Of a stretch of 32,000 nucleotides of DNA, positions 17,019 to 23,982 are shown piece by piece. The stretch covers positions 1,320,001-1,352,000 of the forward strand of contig NC_015931.1 of NCBI RefSeq assembly GCF_000223395.1, in the 5' to 3' direction. Positions within the stretch are counted from its first letter, which is position 1. Every line of letters begins with the position of its first letter. The stretch is from Pyrolobus fumarii 1A (GTDB lineage: Archaea > Thermoproteota > Thermoprotei_A > Sulfolobales > Pyrodictiaceae). The position numbers and the translations under genes are program-made. Under the pieces are notes generated by a model. It was not told the origin of the DNA and searched no databases. It saw only the letters and a program-made list of their open reading frames with translations.

Positions 17019-17363
17019 ATGTTGCTACGTCTTATACTCGCCACCACTGTGTCTTTCTTCACGACACCTGTGCTGGGGCTTTTCTTTCCACTCATAGGAC
17101 TCATGATAGCGGGTATCATAGCAGGCTACGCCGCTGGCTCGCCCCTGACAGGCTTCATAGCCTCGGCGTTAGGCTCGCTACCATGGCATTTGCTCGCTGC
17201 GCACCTCTTTGCTGCCGTGCTGCTAGGGCTTCTAGCCGGGGTTGCAGCAGGACCTCTCGCATACATAGCTGTCGTTACTATCGGCGTTTCCGTTAGCGGA
17301 CTTGGAGGCCTTATAGGCGGTCTATTAGCGTCTAGAGCTTCGAAATCAACTCCTCAGAGCTAA
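17019..17363 (+). CDS. small Gly/Ala-rich polytopic membrane protein (114 aa), probably co-transcribed with the giant NTPase
   Basis: ATG 17019 lies 18 nt after the upstream stop and is preceded by a GGTGGG SD-like motif. The protein has 3-4 hydrophobic spans (LILATTVSFFTTPVLGLFFPLIGLMIAGIIAGY...). I trimmed the track ORF 16953..17363. Confidence 0.55.
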   Translation: MLLRLILATTVSFFTTPVLGLFFPLIGLMIAGIIAGYAAGSPLTGFIASALGSLPWHLLAAHLFAAVLLGLLAGVAAGPLAYIAVVTIGVSVSGLGGLIGGLLASRASKSTPQS

Positions 17364-17868
17364 GCACTTCTGCACCATACACTTGTCTCATGTACTCTAG
17401 CGCGAAGTTGTGCCTATCTTTAGTAACGCCGGCCGTCGCGTCCTTCACTACTATGACTTTGTAGCCTCGGAAGAATGCACCTGCCGCTGTGTGCAACACG
17501 CATATGTCAGTCGCGACGCCCGTGAGCACCACCGTATCAATACCCAGTTCGCGCAGCAAGAGGTCTAGGTCTGTCGCAAAGAAGGCATCATACCTTCTCT
17601 TTAGAACCACATAGTCCTTCTCCGTCGGCCTCAGCTCTGGAACCACCTGTGCCTCTTCACTACCACGTACAGCGTGTGGCCCCCAGTGCTTTACCTCAAA
17701 GTCGAATGGGTAATGCGCATCGTTAGTGTATATCACGGGGTAGCCGCGCTTATGGAACTCTTCACGGAGCCTAGCTATCACCGGTATTATGTTCTCGGCG
17801 CCCTCGGCTTTCAACCGCCCCCTGACGAATACCTCCAGCATGTCTATGACTAGGAGTGCTGGTTTCAA
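17332..17868 (-). CDS. pncA: nicotinamidase/pyrazinamidase (isochorismatase family)
   Basis: ALLVIDM, DAHYP...HWGPHAVRGSEEAQV (metal-binding and oxyanion region) and GVATDICVLHTAAGAF (catalytic Cys) are present. The TTG start is preceded by GGGGAGGG. The 3' end overlaps the convergent small membrane gene by 32 nt. Confidence 0.7.
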   Translation of the reverse strand: MKPALLVIDMLEVFVRGRLKAEGAENIIPVIARLREEFHKRGYPVIYTNDAHYPFDFEVKHWGPHAVRGSEEAQVVPELRPTEKDYVVLKRRYDAFFATDLDLLLRELGIDTVVLTGVATDICVLHTAAGAFFRGYKVIVVKDATAGVTKDRHNFALEYMRQVYGAEVLSSEELISKL

Positions 17869-17973
17869 GGTTCCAAACCCTCCCCTTTCTACAGGACCGG
17901 ATAGTGGCCAGAGTTACGCATATTGGCGTTTAGTCGATTGGCCGTCTCCTTGGGTTAGGGTTTGCAACGCTCT

Positions 17974-19176
17974 ATGAGGCTAGACGTCTCTAGATTCGCC
18001 CGGGAGCGTTATGCCGGCCTCCTGGTCATACTCATTACGGTTAGCCTCATGGTATTGACGCTGGCGTCTGTGGGTGTTGACATTGAGGCCTCATCCTATT
18101 ACCTGCGCGGCACGAGCCCCAACTCGAATAGCTATGAGCTAAAGAATAGCCTGCAACTCTTCCAGGTGATTGAGCGAGAGCCCATAGTCGCGGTGATGTT
18201 CGAGTCGCCGACATGCCCCACATGCCAGAGGATGAAACCATACTGGCATATGCTCGAGATTGTGAGCGATAAACTCGGCATCAAGTTCTACCATATTGTC
18301 TACTCGTCTGCAACACACGAGGCGTTTGTAAGGTATCGCGTAGAGGAGACACCGACCTTTATCGTATTCGTTAATGGCAAGCCCGTTGATAGGCACGTTG
18401 GCGACTTTGTTGCCGATAACATTACGAGAGCTATGCTAGAGTGGGTTAAGAGCGCTGTGAGAGAAGCCAGTATGCAAGCCAATGTGACGAGTAGAGCGAG
18501 CTACAATGAAGAGTCAAGCCAAGCGTTCCAAGCTGGTGTGGGGGTAGCAGCGTTTGCTACCATGCTTGCAGCCGCACTCGTAGCCGGCATACTCGCGACT
18601 TTCTCTCCATGTGTGCTACCGGTTCTCGTTGCCTACGCTACAAGCTCTGCCTCCAGAGGCACTCAAATGCCCGTATCTATGTTCGCCTCTTGCAGTGCCG
18701 CTGCAGCCGGCGGTGCACTGGCCCTCGGCATGCTGTTCGTGATTGCTGGCGCCGTGGCAGCAAACCTTCAGAGTTTGATACTGCCTAGCATTGCTCTTGC
18801 CATTGTCGCGGCTGGCATAGCGATGATGCTAGGCGTGCCGATGGAATTCGCTACAATGAGGGCACGGCGGGCGGGGCTTCTCGGCTTCTGTAGCCTATAT
18901 GGCGTTGTAGCCTTACAATGCACGCTACCGCTGGTCGCTGGAGCGCTACTCCTAGCCATGGGTGCAGGTGACATACTACGAGGTGTGCTTGTTGCACTGG
19001 CCTTCGCGTTAGGGCTCGGCGCTTCACTCGGGGGCGTCATGTATGCCTCGTCTAGACTTGGCGCGGAGTTTGCAAGGAAGCTGGTTGCGAGAAGCACTCT
19101 CTTGAACCGCATAGGCGGACTGGTAATGGTTGCCGCTGGTGCCTACCTGCTAGCCTATGCGCTTGGCGTGGTCTAG
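17974..19176 (+). CDS. membrane thiol:disulfide oxidoreductase, thioredoxin-domain / CcdA (DsbD-type) fusion
   Basis: An N-terminal TM anchor is followed by a thioredoxin fold with CPTC (FESPTCPTCQRMKPYW...ETPTFIVF). A CcdA-like channel domain follows, with the two conserved Cys-x2-P motifs FSPCVLPVL and LQCTLPLV. The start is either ATG 17974 or TTG 17962. Confidence 0.75.
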   Translation: MRLDVSRFARERYAGLLVILITVSLMVLTLASVGVDIEASSYYLRGTSPNSNSYELKNSLQLFQVIEREPIVAVMFESPTCPTCQRMKPYWHMLEIVSDKLGIKFYHIVYSSATHEAFVRYRVEETPTFIVFVNGKPVDRHVGDFVADNITRAMLEWVKSAVREASMQANVTSRASYNEESSQAFQAGVGVAAFATMLAAALVAGILATFSPCVLPVLVAYATSSASRGTQMPVSMFASCSAAAAGGALALGMLFVIAGAVAANLQSLILPSIALAIVAAGIAMMLGVPMEFATMRARRAGLLGFCSLYGVVALQCTLPLVAGALLLAMGAGDILRGVLVALAFALGLGASLGGVMYASSRLGAEFARKLVARSTLLNRIGGLVMVAAGAYLLAYALGVV

Positions 19177-21086
19177 CCACCCTCTAGCATCTCTTCTATC
19201 GTCTTTTGGAGACCCACTTTCTGCGATAGGAGCGCGTAGCCAGCAACCGGGCATACGTATAAGCACTTCCTGCAAGCTATGCACTTCTTCTGGTCTACGA
19301 CAGGTCTGTGACCATCAATCACGTTGATGGCGTCATGCGGGCATTTCTTTACACACAGCATGCAGCCGGTGCAAGCAGCCGACATGGCTATCGCTCTGAT
19401 AGCTTCTTCTGCAAGACTCTCGATTTCCTCCCATGAACCACCTTCCACGTACACTTCGCCATCTTGGTAGAAGACCACCATGCTATACCTGCTCGGTTTC
19501 ACCACCAGATGGTGCTGTGTCACCTCCCACACTGCACCCAACGCAGGCGCAACACCACGCAAATCGCTGAGACCGCTCAACCCTCCGAGAGGGTTGAAGA
19601 GGCGTACGGATGGCACCTCCGTACCAACCTCTAGAACGCGCGTCACGTAGAGCTTTTCGATTAATTTGTCCCATCTTACACCCAAGAGGTCGCGGGTGGC
19701 TACCCTTACTCGAGGCGGCGGGTTGAACCTCCATCGCCACAAGTGGTAACGCAGCCATGCGTTTGGCAGATCTCGCTCCTCGGCATACCTCTTGAGGAAG
19801 CTACTCCATCTCTCCCACTTGTCTGGTGATAGGCGCGCCGATAGTTGAAGTTCGGGTATGCTCTGTGAGGGGCAGTTGAAGCACCCTACACGCTCAATGC
19901 CGTACTCGTATAGCGGGTTTAGAGGTAGCCTTTTGGTAACAACTGCCGTGTACACGTCTAGGCTCGTCCATGCGTGGAGAGGTGATGCGATGAACTCCCC
20001 GCCGCCAGCACCTCTGCTCCTGGATAACCTCGATTCTCTGGCTCTGCTTGGCGACTCGAGCGCCCTGTTACCCGCAAAGACTGTGCGGAATCCACGCTCT
20101 TCTATGTAGCGTGCTGTGGGGCCGAGTTTACACGCCTGGGTGCACCATCTATAGTCGCGGCCTGGCGGTCCATACCCTTCTAGTAGGCGCCAGCAATCTC
20201 TAGGCGGTTCCACAACATCTAGATTAACACCTATGGTCTCCGCGACTCTCTCAGCAGTCTCGATGGTCTCCTTATGCTCCCATCCCGTGTCACTAAACAC
20301 CGCATGCTCTCCGCCCGCCTCGGCAAAAACGAGTGCCGCCACACTGCTGTCCTTGCCGCCGCTGAGCCGCACCACGCCAGGCCCATACTCTCGTAGCACT
20401 TTCTCGCTCCACTCGACAGCTTCTCGGAACATTCTCTCTACTCTAACACGCCAATGCAAATCGTACATCCTGCGCCAGTCTGCTGGCTTAGGCCACTCAG
20501 CATCCTCGCGGTAAGCCTCAACCCATTCGACGCGCAACCCTCCCTTCTCTACACGCAAGACGACAATGCGACCAGCTACGTCACGCGCGACAATGCGAGC
20601 ACCTATTTTATCGCTCCTCACGCCATGGTACACAGTCCACGGGAGTATATCGCCACGCGCAGCCCTCACCTCTAGCCTACCAACATTACCCAGCTTCTCG
20701 CGATAGACGAGACTAGCCAGCCAGCCACGCGGCGAGAACACCCACCTGTAAACCTCCCAGTCGAACTCTATGACGCCAGCCCATCCGCCGCCATAGACGA
20801 GGGCATACGCGACTTCAACAGCATCAAGCTTCACGCGTAGCCCAGCACCGCCTGGCGCTAGTCGCTGTGCTACACTCTCGTCCACGTCTAGACTCCACGC
20901 TATGGCCTCCCTAACCCATTTCCAGACACCATCTGTCATCGGCATCGGGTCGCCACGTACACCGTACACCTCTACTGCTTCACCACCACACTCTAGGCAC
21001 ACTCGTGGATCGATGGCAGGCATGCCATCGCCACACGTACACCAGTAGATGCGTGGCGTCCTGACACCACTCACTATCCACACCAC
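19173..21086 (-). CDS. PAPS-reductase-family PP-loop protein with an N-terminal Cys knuckle and a C-terminal 2x[4Fe-4S] ferredoxin domain
   Basis: It carries the PP-loop VRLSGGKDSSVAAL and the family motifs YRWCTQACKLGP and ERVGCFNCPSQS. Two CxxCxxCxxxCP motifs are present (CTGCMLCVKKCP, CIACRKCLYVCP). The GTG start gives CTC...CLEC at the N-terminus. Confidence 0.75.
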   Translation of the reverse strand: MVWIVSGVRTPRIYWCTCGDGMPAIDPRVCLECGGEAVEVYGVRGDPMPMTDGVWKWVREAIAWSLDVDESVAQRLAPGGAGLRVKLDAVEVAYALVYGGGWAGVIEFDWEVYRWVFSPRGWLASLVYREKLGNVGRLEVRAARGDILPWTVYHGVRSDKIGARIVARDVAGRIVVLRVEKGGLRVEWVEAYREDAEWPKPADWRRMYDLHWRVRVERMFREAVEWSEKVLREYGPGVVRLSGGKDSSVAALVFAEAGGEHAVFSDTGWEHKETIETAERVAETIGVNLDVVEPPRDCWRLLEGYGPPGRDYRWCTQACKLGPTARYIEERGFRTVFAGNRALESPSRARESRLSRSRGAGGGEFIASPLHAWTSLDVYTAVVTKRLPLNPLYEYGIERVGCFNCPSQSIPELQLSARLSPDKWERWSSFLKRYAEERDLPNAWLRYHLWRWRFNPPPRVRVATRDLLGVRWDKLIEKLYVTRVLEVGTEVPSVRLFNPLGGLSGLSDLRGVAPALGAVWEVTQHHLVVKPSRYSMVVFYQDGEVYVEGGSWEEIESLAEEAIRAIAMSAACTGCMLCVKKCPHDAINVIDGHRPVVDQKKCIACRKCLYVCPVAGYALLSQKVGLQKTIEEMLEGG

Positions 21087-21265
21087 CCGTAGGAGAGGAG
21101 CCTCTAGCCTAGCAGTTAATCTAGAGGAGTTTCGGCTTGAACGTCAATACTGGTCATATGTGGCGCGTAACAAACGACATTATGCGACAATAGCTGATAC
21201 TGCCCGGCCAAGACTGTTAATGTACCGGGTGCGTGTGCACACCTAACTTGCGGGAGGCTACGTTT

Positions 21266-22246
21266 ATGCACGCAATTGAGGCTAAGAACCTGGTAAAGAG
21301 GTATAGGAGAAAGTCTGGTTTGGTTAGAAGACGTGTAAGAGAAGTGCTCGCGCTACGCGGTGTCACATTTACTGTTGAAAAGGGCGAGGTGTTTGGCTTA
21401 CTCGGGCCAAACGGCGCCGGGAAGACCACTACCGTCAAAATAATCTCGACTATACTCCTACCTGATGACGGCGAGGCACGCGTAATGGGTCACGATGTCG
21501 TCACGGAGGCTGACGAGGTTAGGAAGCTCATAGGAGTGAGCCTCAGCGTTGAGAGAGGCTTCTGGTATGTGATGAGTGGACGTGAGAACCTCACTTACTT
21601 TGGCCTGCTTCGAGGCCTAAGAGGAGCTGAGCTACAACAGCGGATAGACCACGTGTTAAAGCTGGTAGGGTTGGATAGAGTTGCCGACAAGCCAGTCGAG
21701 GAGTACAGCCTGGGTATGAAGGCAAAGCTCGCCCTCGCTAGAGCCCTACTCCATGACCCCGAGGTCCTAATACTCGATGAGCCCACGTTAGGTCTCGACC
21801 CTACGGCTGCCAGGAGGGTCCGCGAGCTACTAGTCATGCTAGCCAAAGAGGAGGGAAAGACCATCTTCATAACGACTCATAACATGTACGAGGCGGAGAT
21901 AATTTGCGACCGCGTTGCTATCATACACTCGGGGCGCATCATAGCAATAGGCACACCTCACGAGTTGAAGCGCTTGATAATCGGCTACGTGCCGGTGGTT
22001 GTCGTAGGATGGGGCCCAACTGAGGCCATAGAGGATATCGTAAAGACCACTGGGCTCAGGTACACGATAGACGCCCGTGGCGACAGGGTACGATTAAGGC
22101 TCCTTGCGCCTAGCGGCGAGGAGGAGAAGCTTCTAGCCCGTCTAGTCTCCAGCCTAGTGAGTAGAAGGTTCCATGTGATAGAGGCGAGGGTGGAGGAGCC
22201 AAGCCTTGAGGACGTCTTTATCAAACTTGTTAGCTCCGGTAGCTAG
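21266..22246 (+). CDS. ABC transporter ATP-binding protein (ABC-2/DrrA-like exporter type)
   Basis: Walker A is GPNGAGKTT, the signature is YSLGMKAKL, Walker B is ILDEPTLGLD and the H-loop is TTHNM. I chose ATG 21266, which has GGGAGG 8-14 nt upstream, over GTG 21233. Confidence 0.85.
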   Translation: MHAIEAKNLVKRYRRKSGLVRRRVREVLALRGVTFTVEKGEVFGLLGPNGAGKTTTVKIISTILLPDDGEARVMGHDVVTEADEVRKLIGVSLSVERGFWYVMSGRENLTYFGLLRGLRGAELQQRIDHVLKLVGLDRVADKPVEEYSLGMKAKLALARALLHDPEVLILDEPTLGLDPTAARRVRELLVMLAKEEGKTIFITTHNMYEAEIICDRVAIIHSGRIIAIGTPHELKRLIIGYVPVVVVGWGPTEAIEDIVKTTGLRYTIDARGDRVRLRLLAPSGEEEKLLARLVSSLVSRRFHVIEARVEEPSLEDVFIKLVSSGS

Positions 22247-23036
22247 AGGAGTCCTAGCTGGCGCCTTCGACTACATAACATACTATCGCAGGAGGAAGAC
22301 TGCGCTAATCGCCGCACTAACCTGGCCGCTACTCTACACAGCCTTCCTGGTACTCGTGCTACTGTTCACCGGAGCGAGCAACGAATACGCCCGGCGCATG
22401 GGCGTAGGAGAGGAACTAGCCAGCTTCATTCCGGCCGCAAGCTTCCTACTCACGGCCATAGGCTACATCGTTGACGGCGCCGCACTGTATGTCCTTGGTC
22501 TCCGGTGGAATGGTGTGCTACAACTATTCATGGCTACACCTGGGGCGCTGCTACGGCTGCTGACCGGATGTAGTATAGGCTCTATGCTCGCCGCCACCAC
22601 AGTTGTTATTGTACCATTCATTCTGGTCACACTCATAGTGGCAGGAGTAAGGGGCCTGGTAGTACTCTTGATTGTGGTGCTGATCTCGCTCCTAGCGGGG
22701 TTCTCGATGATAGGGTTGGGCGCTCTAGTGGCAGGCGCGACACTGGCGTCGAACCGCGAAAGGGTACCACTACAATGGTTGCTGCCATTTACTGTTCTCG
22801 CGTCATCAATACTATACCCGCCTGTTGTCCTACCGCCTCTGCTACGCGCCATAGCTAAACTACTACCACCGTACTATGCCGCCGAGGCACTACGCTCAAT
22901 CGCATCAACCTTAAGCGCTAAACCACTCTTGAGTATACTGTTAACTCTTGCACCGCTAGCGGCCGCGTACGCCACACTCTATGTACCAGCGTCTCTCCTT
23001 GTACAGCAAGCCAGGAGAAGAGGAAGCTTAGAGTGA
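22206..23036 (+). CDS. ABC-2 type transporter permease
   Basis: Six-TM-like hydrophobic protein overlapping the ATPase gene end. The start is uncertain (TTG 22206 or TTG 22227). Confidence 0.6.
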   Translation: MRTSLSNLLAPVARGVLAGAFDYITYYRRRKTALIAALTWPLLYTAFLVLVLLFTGASNEYARRMGVGEELASFIPAASFLLTAIGYIVDGAALYVLGLRWNGVLQLFMATPGALLRLLTGCSIGSMLAATTVVIVPFILVTLIVAGVRGLVVLLIVVLISLLAGFSMIGLGALVAGATLASNRERVPLQWLLPFTVLASSILYPPVVLPPLLRAIAKLLPPYYAAEALRSIASTLSAKPLLSILLTLAPLAAAYATLYVPASLLVQQARRRGSLE

Positions 23037-23048
23037 GAGGGTGAGAAC

Positions 23049-23825
23049 ATGAACATGACACGGCTGTGGTACTCCCTACGAGCCTCACTATGGCTCCACA
23101 TGGTGAGGACAAAGAGGCTCGCTCCGAACATGCTCGACTACTCTATCAACATGTCGTTATGGGCTCTCATAAACGTCTTCATACTCTACGCGATATACGG
23201 CCCCGCGGAAGGCCGTCTCCTAGCATCGAGCGTTATACCATGGCTCTACTACACCATAGCACTCGCAACTACAGCCGGGTGGCTAACGCACTACACGGTG
23301 CTAGGCTTAACACCATACGAGCTAGCGGCAGGGCACAACCCCTTACTGACAATCGCTGGCAGGATAGTCACAAGTGTACTGCCCGCAACGCTCGCGTCAC
23401 TCATAGTAATGGCGATAGTTAGGCCCATCATGAGCCCCTATGTCGTATTAGCTACGGCACTAGCCCTTCTACTTGGACACGCTTATGGCCTACTACTAGC
23501 CGCTCTAGGCGCGTCGATGGGCGTGCGAGGCACCATACTCGACATACTAGGCTACGCCTCAGGCCTCTTCGGCGGAATGATCATACCGCTACGCGACTAT
23601 CCGCACATGTTCCAGGCGCTTGCATTCCTCATCCCACCAGCACCGATAGGCGAAATAGCACGGATGGCGCCCCACGCATACCAATCTCTAACTGTGATGC
23701 CATTCGAGGTGGCATTGTCATCCGCCCTAGCTTGGATCGCAATACTGTATATGCTAGCCGCATTAGCATCTAGGAGGACACTAGCAAAGATACGACGCGA
23801 AGGGCTAAGATCGGCGAGGCTATAA
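23049..23825 (+). CDS. ABC-2 type transporter permease (second subunit)
   Basis: ATG 23049 is preceded by the GAGGGTGA SD. It is a polytopic membrane protein directly following the first permease. Confidence 0.6.
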   Translation: MNMTRLWYSLRASLWLHMVRTKRLAPNMLDYSINMSLWALINVFILYAIYGPAEGRLLASSVIPWLYYTIALATTAGWLTHYTVLGLTPYELAAGHNPLLTIAGRIVTSVLPATLASLIVMAIVRPIMSPYVVLATALALLLGHAYGLLLAALGASMGVRGTILDILGYASGLFGGMIIPLRDYPHMFQALAFLIPPAPIGEIARMAPHAYQSLTVMPFEVALSSALAWIAILYMLAALASRRTLAKIRREGLRSARL

Positions 23826-23860
23826 CATCAGACCTTCCGGGCCGGACACGACAAACATGG

Positions 23861-23917
23861 ATGATGAAGGCCGTGAGCGACGAGCCAATAGGCAATGACG
23901 AGTTCAAGACGGGCTGA
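23861..23917 (+). ncRNA. C/D box sRNA (2'-O-methylation guide)
   Basis: The layout is C box AUGAUGA (23861-23867), a 12-nt guide AGGCCGUGAGCG, a degenerate D' ACGA, C' AUGACGA (23895-23901), a 12-nt guide GUUCAAGACGGG and D box CUGA (23914-23917). Total length is 57 nt with canonical 12-nt spacers. The D guide is complementary to the conserved LSU motif CCCGUCUUGAA. Confidence 0.65.
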
Positions 23918-23956
23918 TGCGAAACTCATTACTCGCATCCTGCTTACAATGTATTG

Positions 23957-23962
23957 AAAAAA
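23957..23962 (-). terminator. oligo-T terminator (T6 on the minus strand) after the giant surface-protein gene
   Basis: The plus-strand A6 run lies 21-26 nt downstream of the minus-strand stop at 23983-23985. Archaeal termination typically uses T-runs. Confidence 0.35.
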
Positions 23963-23982
23963 GACAACTAGACTGTCGGTTC

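Noticed and set aside
12508-21086. The idea that the giant ATPase plus the PAPS-reductase-like (DndC-like PP-loop) gene form a BREX/Dnd-type defence island.
   Set aside because: The two genes are separated by pncA and the Trx-CcdA gene in mixed orientations. There is no methyltransferase, PglZ, DndA/B/D/E, nuclease or integrase. The PP-loop protein carries a ferredoxin domain that DndC does not typically have.
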